DNA of 64,000 nucleotides from Mytilus trossulus (taxonomy: Eukaryota), in the NCBI RefSeq assembly GCF_036588685.1, contig NC_086376.1:61256001-61320000 (forward strand), in the 5' to 3' direction. Below the pieces are notes generated by a model that saw nothing but the letters and a program-made list of their open reading frames with translations, was not told the origin of the DNA and made no database searches. Position 1 is the stretch's first letter; each line of letters begins with the position of its first letter. The position numbers and the translations under genes were made by a program. Of the stretch, positions 11,731 through 25,218 are shown piece after piece.

Positions 11731-14700
11731 TTTTTAAGGTATTCGTATACATTCACCAGTAGCTTTGTATATTTTTAATTGTTTGTGTCGTATATTGTTA
11801 CCTTTCATTATTTCTTTTAATTATTTAACATCTATCTATTCAAACTTCTAACATGTTAATCACCGTTATCTTATATATTAGGCAACACTCTTAATGTGCG
11901 CGTTTTATTGGTTTTTTTAAATGTTGATTTATTATATATGATATTTCTGGCAAAAATATGACTTTAACCTATTAGGTTAATTTCACGTATTAGTTCATTG
12001 ATTGAAAGAATCACATGTAAAGTATTGTTCAAACAAATAGCATTGTGCAAATTTACAAACATTATTATTTCTAATCATTTTTTTTATTCATCTCTTTCAA
12101 TTATGTCCTACCTTAGCTCAGAATTTATGTATTTTTTTCTTTTAACAGCTTTTAAAATTGCGAAAATGTCAGTATTTAGTCGATGAGCGTAGAAATATGA
12201 CACATCACTGCCAAAAACAAGATATTCTTTTCACAGATAAATATCTTTTTTATGAATGTGTATTGTTGTACATAAGATTCAGTAACTGTTCATATTTTGT
12301 CAAAAATTTTGTGTAAAATGACAATTTGCTTAAAATATGTAAAGCAGAATATACGCACTCTTCCAGAGCACCTGACACTAGCCCCTGTTTTTATTGCTTA
12401 TTTCATACGATGTGAGTTTTTTATATTGGTTTGTCTTTTGGACTTTTTTCGGGTTTTTATCATGACATTGAAAGAATGTCGTCCACTCATGAATTCAAAA
12501 TTCCATGCATTATGTGTGTGGTTCTCTTTTAATGACAAACTAAAGACTATTATCATACATATGCTTTTAGTTACAACATTGACGGTACCTAGATGCGCAT
12601 TTCGACAAAAATGTCTCACCAGTGATGGCGATATATTTGACAACAACAAAAATATTTAAAAAAAGATAAGCACGTCGACCACATAAAATCTATAACGGTT
12701 CGTTTTAATATATTTTTTCTTTTTGCTTAAATGAACAATTTATTTTTCAAAAAATTATGTTTCAGAATTAAGTGTTCGCCATAAATACCCTTGAAGGTTT
12801 CACTTTGAAAATACAGCTGTTTGTCAAGTAACGCCTCTACTCATAGATTATTTGGGGTTTTTTTACGTTATGGTTCCAATATATGATCTCTATATTTTCT
12901 CTCATAAAGAAATGACGTGGGAATGTTACCAGTATAACAACACTTGGTTTGGACGTTAATTAAATTATAAACAAGACTCAAAGTAAAAAAAAACAGTTGT
13001 AAATATTTTAGTACATTTGTTAAACACTTAGAAGTTCGGGGCATATGAATATTGACAAATTCCGCAAAATTCTATGTTTTGACCGTTTAATGAAAAAATC
13101 TTGCATTTCAATATTCCGTTCTAGGATACATTTTTTTTACGAAACTTCGTTGTAAAAGTGGCACAGATTTAGAAGCAAAGTGATTTTCTATTGAAAACTG
13201 TATTGTATATATTTACTGAAAGAAGCGTAGCTTTAAATACTTAAAGTTAACCCTTTATCCCTTTGTAAACATTGTATATTCAGTCAAAAGAAAACTACCA
13301 AGTAAACGAGTAATTTCGGCACAACGTTATGCTTATCATAATGGAGCCAAGGGTTATATTAACATTCTTGAATAGAATTAATTGGTCGTTAAGTTTAATC
13401 TTTATCATGCTATTAAGTATTGCATAATTTGCTTTTTGTCTAGCGAGGTAGACTTGAGAGATGAGCGATTCAAAATGTATGTAAAAACCTAAGCAGAATC
13501 TTCAAATGAGTGTCTATTGTAAAATCAAATTTCCACTGAAAACCTTAAAAACGAAAACTTAATGATTTGGTATAACTACAATTGATACAATTCTATACTA
13601 GAGATCGTATTACTATGACGCAAACAGCTATATAATACTGTACAGCCATTAACAATTATCAAAACCCATACCAACTGCAGATGAAAAATTAAGTTGACCA
13701 TGCTCATCGCACCCATCCTACAGTGCTTGAAATAAAAGATACTACAGATTACCTTGGTCTAATTAGATAGAAATTTACACTACCTTTAATGATAGAAGCC
13801 AAAAACCCGTTTTTGGCGAATGTGACTGTTGTCGAATTGCTTCTTGCGATGAACAAAATACCAATATCAAATAGTCCAATAGAAGGTATTTACATAGCCT
13901 TGTGTAAAATGATTTTTTCAAAATTTTCAATTTCAACATAATTATGCAGAAGAAAACTAACATTGATACAACATATATATTTATGTTCCATTTGTATGAG
14001 ATATGTTGTATTCGAAATAGTTTTAACAGTACAAGTGAGAGGTTTAGCGCTAAAAACCTAGGTTTAATCAATAATTTTCCACATAACAAAATGCCTTTTC
14101 CAAGTCAGGAATATGACGTTGTTATCCATTCGTTTGATGTATCTAAGATTTTGATTTTGCCATTTGGTTAAAGATTTCCGTTTGGAATTTTACTCTTTAA
14201 AAATACTAGATCCTTATTTTTAAATTGATGAAGTTTGAATGTATGAGCATTTACATGCCCAATCTTTTATGAATTTTGTGAGGTGAAAGAGTTAAGTAAG
14301 CGAAATCATTCAAAAAATATTGTTTGATTCCTTATCAATGAATATTACTCATCACCATATTCGACAAGAAGTAGAATAGCTACTTATAGCGAGTTTAGAA
14401 TGAAAGGAAGCTGGCGAAGTCGATTAGCTCTTACATTTTGATGCAGTTAGCTCTGCAGAACATCGAATGTTAAATAGATACGGTCATAAGATAGACAATT
14501 GCATTGTCGGCTCACTTGCTCTGGCTCCATTTGTAAAATTTATTCTATTTTCTCAGTTTGTCATTTGGTTTTACTCGATCTTGAAGATTAACACAATCGC
14601 CTTGATAAATGATCGACATTTGAACTTGGTTCATCCATAATGAAAAGTCAAAGATTTCATTGCACTGCTGTTTCATTTTTGTTTTCTTGGTTTGCATGTT

Positions 14701-14930
14701 GATCGATCTTTCCTAGTTACGTGTTATATAGTCTTTCCTGTTTTAATTATTTTATTAGAGGAGAACCTATATGTTTTTCCTCGATTCCTATTTTAATTTT
14801 CTTTTAACTAGGTTTTTAATTTTCTTATCTCTCTCTCTCAACACTGTATTACATGCCTCTGTTTCTAACTACAACCTCCTTTAGTTTCATTTGCCCTTGT
14901 CTAAACGCATGCTTCTGAATGGTTTACTTG

Positions 14931-14953
14931 TTCCGTGAAACGTTTTCTCGGAA
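14931..14953. promoter_or_regulatory. Candidate tandem STAT (GAS) sites upstream of the TNF-family gene
   Basis: TTCCGTGAA and TTCTCGGAA, 5 bp apart, both matching TTCnnnGAA. Confidence 0.35.
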
Positions 14954-16517
14954 AGCTGTTTTTTATTGTAAAAAAAGGTTCAGAGATATAGTATAAACTA
15001 TATTAGTTTACAATACCCTTTTCACTGATGCGATAAGAACATGTAAATATCCTGAAAGGCGATATAAATTCCATGGGATTTTTGGTGTGATGATAGCAGT
15101 CAACATGTCAACAACTTTCACAATACTGAGTACATACTAAAACGCAACACAAAAAGTTTGAAACAGTTTCTTCATCATCTACTACAATAGAGCAACAAAA
15201 AATAATAACCTGGGATATTGCACATGTTTCTTAATCCATTTGGATCGATCATATTACTTTAACGAGTGAAAGAATGAATTGTGCTTAACGTACAGAAGCA
15301 AATATAATATATGCATATTCTTGATGTGAACATTTGAATGAAAGATTAATAAAGTCTGCTTTGTGCTTGTCTGGCATGTTGAGCTGGATATCAATTTATA
15401 AGTCTTTTGTTTGATCTTGCTGGCAAAAGTTCGTACTCAGACAAGCACGCTAACCACCAGACCGTCTAGATTGTTTAGTATAATGATGAAAAAAGACAAT
15501 AGTAGTGCTTGACCTGACATACATATATGATATAAGGATGCGGCCAAGAAACAGGGAAATGCGAGTCTCTGCCGAGCTTTTTTCTTGTTTGGGCCGAATT
15601 CTTATATCGTTGATGTATCAAGTCAATGCACTATAATTGTCTGTATACTGCAATCTAAAAGATTACAATTTCAATTGTTGTTTAGTATGTATGTTATTAT
15701 TGGATTTAAATATTGGGAAACGTCCCCCTTTTACAAAAAGGTTTCACATCATGCAGGCGGAATGCGCAATGAATATGATGAAATGTTCATCTACCTGTTG
15801 AAACCTGCAATCGATGATGAGCAAGTTTGAGAATGAACTAAAATATCATTAATAAGCATGCATAAAAAATAATGATATATAGTTTGCAAACCAAAATTAT
15901 TAACAAGTGAAATATGTTTGTTTTTTATTCCAAAAAGTGCAAAAGAAATAAGTTCAAGTCATTGTATACATTGGAAACAAGAACATGACATAGAAATATA
16001 CGGTCAACGCATTTTGAAAGGTGATTCAAAATTGAAAGCGCAAAAGTCCATAGTATTTGAAGCGCAAATGTCCTATCGTTTTACAGGTAAAAAAGCGCAA
16101 AACGTCCTGTGCCCAAAAATACAGTGTCTGTCTATAAATACGCATATTACATGTCTGGGTATTTTTCTATATCTAAATATATCATTAGCGTCTAATGAAC
16201 ACATAATGTTAAAATCCCCTTATAGGCAAGGGAAAAGATGAAGCGATTGCTGATATGTTCATTTAAAAACGTTTGAAAAACTGTACATAAAGTTACACTT
16301 TAAATCAATACTATGCTGTAGAGTAATTTAGGATAAGTGATATTATTGATAATTTTATAAATAACTTTTTGGATTTTTCATTGGCATGTGATAGGAAACC
16401 ACCTTAATCTTTTAACTTCCTTGAATTTTGAATGTATATAAATATCAAAGTTAAATGTAAATAATTCAATTAAGGAGCGATTATTTGAACCAGACTAGAA
16501 ACAAATTTTCTTAGACT

Positions 16518-18790
16518 ATGGATGGAAACAACCCTAATCATTTAACCAGACATGGACGTACTAGGCCATGGACAATTAATGGAGATGCATTTAACATAGG
16601 AAACAGATGTGGCACACGTGTAATTGGTAAATATTTCATTCTGTAGTTTACTGCTTTTTTTTTCAGTATAATGATCGTTCTTTCGCATTTTTTTCGAGCA
16701 TACGAGCGACGTTCAAAATATTCACTCTGTGGTTAAAGTTTTCAAAATTTTAAAAACTTTCTTAAACTATCCTGGATTTCTACTAAACTTCGACAGAAGC
16801 TTGTTTATGTTCACAAGATAGTATCCAGAATTAAATTTTGTAAAAACAAAATTTCATTTTTTCCGTATTTTACTTATAAATGGACTTAGTTTTTTCTGCA
16901 GGAATCATATTACATTCACTCTGTGGTTAACATGGTTAAAGTTTTTAAAATCTTAATAACTTTCTTAGACTATCCTGGATTTGTACCAAACTTAGACAAA
17001 AGCTTGTTTATGATCCAGAAGTAAATTTTGTAAAAGAAAATCAATTTTTTTCCGTTTTTACTTATAAACTGACCTAAATTCTTCTATTTAACATTACATA
17101 CAGTCAGCAGTTAAAGTTTTTAAAACATTTATTAGATTCAGAAAATATCCTGGATTTTTACCAAACTTAGACAGAAGTTTCTTACGATCAAAAGATAGTA
17201 TTGAGAGGAATGTTTTATTGATTTTGTTTCTTCATTTTTGTTGAGTGTGCGATTACTAGCAAGAGTAGGCAAGACACCGGATTCCGCAGAACCGTTACGA
17301 GTTTTTAAGATTTACTAAAACATATTACTCTGATGCAACGTATTATTAATTCATGCGCGTCTGAACTGAAGTGTAATTTTATTTTCTGTTTAGAGCAAAT
17401 TAAACGCGGAATTTACCCAATTCAAGTATAAATATTATTTTCATTCATCCGGATTTCGCATTCCACATTTTATTAACATCCTCATTAAGTCATTACTCCA
17501 GTTTAATATAAGATAATATATCTATCTAAACTCAAACGGCCTTCGCCTATATATGCAAATTTGTTTTTCTTTCTTTAGATACCGATATTTGTTTGTTTAT
17601 ATGTTTATTAATATGTTTTTATGCTGTACCCATATTATTAACATTTTACCTTTTACGTCTGTTTTTGTGGGTTTATTTTCACCAATTATTGTAAGTATAA
17701 TGAATTTTATGAGACTGTCATACAAGTGAGAGGTTGGGCTTTCCAAAATCGTGTTTTATCCACCATTTTCTACACAAGGAAACAAGTGTGTTCCATTTAC
17801 CAAAACTTACATTAGTTAAAAGTGACACAATGTAACTAGGACCGGTGGGTCTGTTTTCTTTTCTTTGGTATAGACGTTGTGTCTTGATAATATTCCTCAT
17901 TACATTCTCAATTTTATACTTTGTCTATATACATATTTAAATTATTTTTCAACGTGACTTATGTTTTTTTTTCAGATTCTGAAGACAGCGACGAAAACAT
18001 CAATCTTTTGCAAAATTCACAACCAACATCAGAAATGACAGCAAATACAAATATTTCCGAGAATGCTGGGAAGACTCAGGGTACTAGTAGTCAGAATCAC
18101 TCCGATAAAAGTCCTAAAGTCCTCATTCTGCGAGATGATATTGATAATGAAACACTTACAAGCGCTTACATCAATTCAGATAGCTCAGACGAAAACATTA
18201 GTGGTAAAAAAGAGATATCTTCAAACGAACAAAGTATTGCAAAACGATGTAAAAGATTGTCTTCTTATATATTTGTAGTACTACTAAACGCACTAGTTAG
18301 TGTTGCAGTAAGTGTTGGACTGTATAACTATATAGTGTGTGTAGATAGCACACGACATGTTTTAGCAAAGGAACCTATGTTTGTCAATTTGAAGGTCAAC
18401 TTCGATGCATACAGTCAAAAGGTTAAAAACACGTCTGTTAAAATTCCATGGACATTTCAAGACGCATCATTTCTCATTTTAGACGATAACAGCACAGATA
18501 TCACTATCCTCCAGCCTGGATCATATTCAGTCGATGTTTCGTTGAATTTTTTTAACAGACGAAATAACGACTCAAAGCCTATATATATGTGTATTTTAAA
18601 CAGTTTAGATAGAACTTACGAGCGGTGCACCCCTGAAGTTATTCCAGCAGGCATACAGAGGTCTGTGACCGTTAGAATTGATATGAACTTGAAAAAAAGC
18701 GATATAATTTGGGTCAATGTTAAGGGAGCAAATCTAATTTACGAACGTTCTGATGCAAACCACATGACTATTAGAAAATATAGATTTTAG
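16518..18790 (+). CDS. TNF superfamily ligand-like type II membrane protein (about 307 aa); exons 16518-16626 and 17976-18790
   Basis: TM helix YIFVVLLNALVSVAVSVGLYNYIV follows basic KRCKR. The C-terminal ~140 aa has a TNF-domain pattern (IPW, ITILQPGSYSVDVSLNF, LKKSDIIWVNV). Acceptor ttttcag at 17975 is phase 1 and matches the phase-1 donor ATTG|gtaaat after MDGNNPNH...TRVI. Confidence 0.8.
16672..17306 (+). mobile_element. Non-autonomous element with internal ~190-bp tandem units and a 3' hairpin (pearl/Helentron-associated type) in the TNF intron
   Basis: Three repeats of gttaaagtttt..aaa...tatcctggattt..accaaactt.gacagaag, plus a terminal imperfect palindrome ggattccgcagaacc. Confidence 0.6.
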
Positions 18791-20062
18791 AAATAATGAC
18801 TATGTTAATGCTGGTAGGCTGATGTATATAGACTAACCTTTTATGGCGGTGTCGTGGGCTTGAATAACACTTAAAGGTTTTTTCAAAGAAGAGTCAAGGA
18901 GAACTATAGTTTACTTGAATTGACTTGATGTCGATTTGCTGTCGAAACGTTGTTCTATCGCTTTGTACAACCAGTATAATAGTCACTTGTACAACGAAAA
19001 CCACTTCAAAAAGTAGTCAAGGAGTAGAATTTACATGATAAATGGCAGTAGAAAACGTCATTCCGTTGTTTTGCGATTTGTTGAGTGCAGAAACGGTTTA
19101 AGAGTCTTGTAACAAAACACCAACTGATTGTTTAAGCATAAATACTACATGTATAGTCATTGGTCTGAGCAGAACGTTGAACATATATGAATATGCTGGA
19201 GACCGTTTAATAGAACAGTTTGGGTTAACAGTTTTTGCAAGAATTCTCCGAAGAACATTTGAACATTTTACAGACAATATATCACTGAAAAATTGAAAAT
19301 GAAATTAACATTAAGCTAATAATAAAGATAGTATTGAAATACCTTAGTTAAAATGAATTTGCTTATTCTTATAAATGAAAAGTGTATTCCTACATCGAAC
19401 TTTGCAGTCTTTGAGGCAAATCTAGACCCTTTTGTTCTTCTTTTTACATAAATCACAGATGTTTTGACAACTCTAAAACCAGTTTTAAAAGTGATAAGTG
19501 TGTAACACTCTCGAACGCGTCTATTCCCAAACGTTTCCGAACCACAAAAAAATGTAAATTTTCGGTCGATAGAAAACAAATTATAAATCGCTGAAACGTC
19601 ACAACATCCCAAAACTTGGTCAAAAAGAATTTCTGGGTTTAAATCAATTAATTGCAGAGATCTTTTAAAAACACTGAAGGTTATGAAAAAGTTTTTGAAC
19701 AGAAATTCAGACATGTAACAGTGAAAATTATCTGTTAGTCACAGTCGTAAAATATTTCACCCATATCCATGACGAAATAGAAATTAAAACTACACAAAAA
19801 AATCTTTACCGCAGGCATTCCTCTTACAGATGAGTTATCATACTTGCATTTTATTTTTGTATAGTTGATATCAATTTTTATTGATGCGATTCGAACGTGG
19901 TAATATATTAATAGGAGGGACTCGATCACCATTTAAGAAACAGTTATTGTCGAAATGCCCATCCCATGCAATAATAGCAGGTGGTGATGTTAAACATTCT
20001 TTATAACAAGCAATGCAATGCTGTAATTTGGACTACACAAAAACAGCATACATGATACGAGT

Positions 20063-20460
20063 TAACTGTTTTGGTCTGAGCGTCACTGATGAGTCTTATG
20101 TAGACGAAACGCGCGTCTGGCGTATTAAATTATAATCCTGGTACCTTTGATAACTATTTACACCACTGGGTCGATGCCACTGCTGGTGGACGTTTCGTAC
20201 CCGAGGGTATCACCAGCCCAGTAGTCAGCACTTCGGTGTTGACATGAATATCAATTATATGGTTTTTTTTTATAAGTTTTCTGTTTACAAACCTTTGAAT
20301 TTTTCGAAAAACTAAGGATTTTCTTACGCCCAGGAGTAGATTACCTTAGCCGTATTTGGCACAACTTTTTGGAATTTTGAGTCCTCAATGCTCTTCAACT
20401 TTGTATTTGTTTGGGTTTTTAACTGTTTTGGTTATAATCCTGGTACCTTTGATAACTATT
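20063..20460 (+). mobile_element. Retrozyme-type repeat unit, second hammerhead deleted
   Basis: Terminal redundancy aactgttttgg and ttataatcctggtacctttgataactatt at both ends; homologous to 44050-44496. Confidence 0.85.
20080..20123 (+). ncRNA. Minimal type I hammerhead ribozyme
   Basis: gcgtca CTGATGA gtct-tatgt-agac GAAA c-gcgc-GTC^tggcgt: stems I and II and a palindromic stem III; predicted cleavage after 20117. Confidence 0.93.
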
Positions 20461-20479
20461 ATTTGCTTCTCATATATAT

Positions 20480-20995
20480 GTTATGATGATATGATACTAA
20501 ACCCCTAACGCGAAAAAATGTGCTTGATATTCATATGAGGAAGACATAATGTTTCAATCAGTTTTATTGAGGTTTGAAGCTTGCATGTTAGTAACTGCTA
20601 ATAGTCCTTAGTTAATTTATGTATCATTGTCATTTTGTTTAGTTTCTTTTTTTACCTATCCTGACATCGGATTCTGACTTCTTTTAAACTGAGTTTTACT
20701 GTGCGCATTGCTGAGTGTTTACTTTTCTACAATGGCAAGAGGTATAGGAGGAGGGTTGAGATCTCAAAAACATGTTTTACCACGCTGCATTTTTGCGGCT
20801 GTCCCAAGTCAGTTGCCTCTGACCTTTGTTAGTCTTAGTTCATTATATATTTCGTAGTATAACGTCCATTATCACATTTTTGTTTAGGGGTCAGCTGAAG
20901 CACGCCTTCGGTTGCACGTTTTCTAGTTACCATTGGTTCATTGCCTTCTGTTGTTTTCTACTCTTTGGTCGGCTTGTTGTCTCTTTTGCCCATTT
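20480..20995 (-). repeat. Dispersed repeat, same family as 39924-40571 and 60118-60365
   Basis: Reverse-complement match over several hundred bp (atactaaacccctaacg, gaagacataat, gtcccaagtcag..gcctctg). Confidence 0.8.
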
Positions 20996-23900
20996 AGCTA
21001 GGTTCACACTGCTGGTTAGATCAACTCGATGATCCCAATTGTCCAAATTTCCACGACCAAGCTCAACCAAATTCTTGAGCGGGCCTGTTTACGACTTCTA
21101 CCCGACCGCCATCCGACTGTACCCAAGCTTTACTTGACCATTCACGACTCCTTAATCACTCCATCCCGACAACAAAATGAATACTTATTCGATAATTCCG
21201 ATCAATTCGAGATCTTTACACGATCTTTACTCGACTAGCTAGACAAAATCAACTGTCACGATCTCAGCCTGATCTGGACCAGATCAGATCAACCTGATCG
21301 TATATTGGACGTAGGGATAATCGGGAATTGGTTGGGTATGTTCATTTTTAGTATAAAAACGTACGAATTTATTATTCCCTGCCGATTCGGGGTGGATATT
21401 AAGTGTAACCCTTGTCCGTTCGTACACACGTACGTCCTAACACGACCCTTTATAAGGTTATATATGCTACCTGGGGCATTATTGGTGTCCCATGGACACA
21501 TTCTCCGTTTATTTGGTTATATTTAGTAGAAGGTCCGAGTAAAAGCATACATTTATAATATCTACATAGAAATAAAGCAGTTGGAAATGTGGACAAGTGG
21601 GTATGAGCTTAGAGAGACAAGTGAATAGCTGTGATGGAGCTTTTATAGTGCACAGAAGACGAAAAGTTGGTGTAGACATCAACAGTCGCCGAGAAATCTA
21701 GGTGAGGCAGTGGCTAATACGACGACCAATGTGTGGGCAGTTTGAGAGACTTGCACTTACTCAATAAAGAGGAACCCAATGCTTATTAAAAAAAAAATCC
21801 TTATAGTGGACACTGATATGTTTTATTGCTCTTTTATGGAAATGACACCACAAAATGAGATTTGTCACTGGATTAGTACTTATGTTAGATAGCAATATAC
21901 ATAAACTTTACCATCCCCATTTCCTTGCTTTCTTACAAATAAAAGCATACTGTTCATAAGTCTGTAATCAGTATTTTTCATAGATTTAATAGCCAGTAGT
22001 TGAATGGTTAAATAAAGGTATTTTCTTTTTTCTGTATGATAACAACCTGTATGTATTTGCCAAAACATATTGCACAAAGAGGGAAAAGATGTCACATATT
22101 TCCCCTAAATTTGACCTAAAGTAAAATTTCAATCCCCTGGAGTGATACCTTTTCTAAAACAGTTTACCACTTTACATATATCATTTAAGAAATCAAGAGT
22201 GCATGTTCTCTAAGCAAAGTTTGGTAACCGTTGTGTGTCGTTTGTTATAGTTTGTTAAACGTAACAGAAGAAATAAAAAAATGCATCGTTTGGTTACAGG
22301 GGATTAAAATTTGAATATTTTTTAGACAATGTTATGAACAGGGATGTTATGTTTAGTTAGGATTTTTGATAAATACACGGGGCACGCTCTTCTAGATGTA
22401 TCTATATATATCTTTATTCTGACAAACCTTCGTCAATACAATGGTATACAGAAGTTACATGTAATAAATAACACAGTTATAAATTAGAGAAAACATAATA
22501 TGTACACTATTTACAAATCTCAACATCTTTCGAACGGACTTAACTCAAAGAACGTATAGTTAGGGAGCAGTGATGTTATGCAGTAAAAATTTCTACCGAT
22601 ATTGCAGTGTGTTAATTATTTTATAAATATTTGCAACTTTGTTCTTATTTTTTTAGAAATAATTGATGCAAGATATACTTTATTGTAGTTTTAACATGGA
22701 TAGTATAGCTTGCATAAATTATTATAGTTTAATCAAGGTCTGTTTAATTTTTGGTGACATTTTTATTTAGGTATTTAGGTTCAAGATATGTTCTTCTTAT
22801 ATAGTAAAAATAAGGGGGAACATATTTCTCACATGTCGCGCTGTATTTTGAAATTGCCTCTTATAATAGGCTTAACACTTTACACAGTTTTATGGTGACA
22901 TTAAGGTCTGTAGACTTTTGGTTGAAAGGAGGTGATCCAGTAAGAAGAATATGACTTCAAACTTACCGTTGATCTGAAGACAGATTTTGGACACTTTTTA
23001 AACACGTCTACTTCAGTCGATTCAATTAGTTTATGTGAAAATTTTAAACTGATTTCGTAATTAAAGACGCTCAAATGCAAAACTAAAATAACAATCTTTC
23101 AAATATGCCATAATATCCTACTTTTAAGATGATTATTGTCAAAACTGAAAATGGCCGCATCCGTGATCATTCTCAACCTTTACATATGTTATGTATTATG
23201 ATCAAATACAACAAACATTGGATTATCAAGAATGTACACAAATGCGACCACTGCCATTTCAGACGGAAACCGTCTAAAAATTTACCATAATGCTAAAATC
23301 TCGAACATTCCAGTAATTTAGCCTGAGTTAATGGTGCTAGTATCCGATACATGTGAATTATATTGTCAAAACAGCCCATATGTATGTAACACAAGTATTC
23401 TGCTTCCCAATAAATAGCTAAAAGTTTTAATTTTAACAATTTTCTAAAACTGCTATATTTTGGAGTCACATGGAGGACTTACTGGACCTTCATTTGTACT
23501 CCTTTTATTATTTCACATGTCGCAATGCCTCATGCGAATGCATTGTTCTATATACCTCCTACTTTAGACAGTTGTATGATTTCATTATCTGTATACTAAT
23601 TACGTTCGGGCCATACACGTATGGTAGAACATTTAATCTTTTCATGTTGGATATTTGCTGGATATTTGTCTTAAGTTCCTTGGAGTTACACATGTTCGTT
23701 AATTGACCCCATTAAAGTTTTTGCCCTTTAAAGGCATTCGTTTGCAAATTTTTGTACATTTTTTAATCTTTTACAAAATTCTTATCCTCAGAAACTTCAG
23801 GGCCAAATTAAACCAATTTTTAGCCTGAACCATCCTTAGCAAAATGTATCTGAAAACCTTGCCCAACAACTAAGATGGTCGCCATGACTAAAAATATAAA

Positions 23901-25218
23901 GCAGGGAGGATAAATACAGTTTAGCTTATATCTCTGAAACAAAATCATCTGTCTGCCGTTGAAATTATCACACGCATTAGAAAACCTGCTGTTTGGTTAC
24001 TTCTCTAAATTGGTAGTTTTAGGACATTAGGCAGTTTTTTGTTATTTTGTTATATTATTATTATAGTATTATTATGCATAGAGATAAACTGTACTCAGCA
24101 AACATTTTCAGCAAATATGAAAAAAGAAGATGTGGTATGATTGCCAATGAGACAACTATCCACAAAAGACCAAAATGACACAAACATAAACAATTATAGG
24201 TCACCGAATAGTAAGCTCTACAATTTATTCAACATGATTTAAATTGTCAATTGACTCTTTCATGTATTATTGCCTTTTAAAGTCAATTGTTAACAATTTT
24301 TACAAACAAGTAACTATCACAAAAACAGAGAATTTTGTCATGAATTATATTCATGTCTATATAGTAGAATGTCCTTTGTTTAATATGCACTGCAGCACAT
24401 AGACCAAGGTGAGCTACACAAGAGCTTCATGTTGTGTTTTGTCATCTCTTCTTTTCATATGATCTGTAGATTCAATAGTAATTAACTGTTGTCATCTTTT
24501 GGTTTTACACCTTGATTCGCACCTTTAGTGAAGAAGAACTGATTAATATGACGTTTAACGGTTGTTTGTTTCTTCTTTTTATCAAACAAGACACATCAAG
24601 GTATGGGGATGAGTATTTTTTATATTTTCGTGTAATGGACATATTTCGAGTGAGTGAATGGACTAAAAGGAATCAAGTAGTGTATGTTTGAAAAGTGGAG
24701 AGGGGGGATTTTGAACCAGACTCCTACAAGGGTAGATTCCAAAACGGCAAAAACACAAAGATATGACGAATAGCAACCTCTCTCTAAAGATTATGGACAC
24801 CAAATAAATATAAAATTTTAATATAAGGTGGAGTAGTTAATAACATATTAACAGGCATACAATTTTTATATCACAATCAAAATATATATCAATTATTAAA
24901 AAAGGTATGTTATAACATTTGATAGAAATCATTTCCCAATTCTGAATTCCGAATTCTGAATTCCGAATGGCGAATTCTGAATGCTGAATCCTGAATTATA
25001 GCTGAGCTTCTCGACTTTCGTACTATTTTCAGAAATTTAATATCTAAGGATACCAATATAATTGTCTGCTTTAAGGTGTGAATAAGTATGACATATTTTC
25101 ATTTTTTTTCTTTTCCAAATTGTGATATTTTGAAACCTCATAACAAACAGGATATCATATAAACGTATTGTCGACAATGTTGTTTTAAATGTAACCAACC
25201 AGACTAATTAAAAATATC

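Noticed and set aside
18850-20000. Coding-like stretch including ORF 19316..19714
   Set aside because: Frequent stops in the frames I translated, no recognisable domain and no convincing splice pattern. A decayed gene cannot be excluded without TBLASTX.
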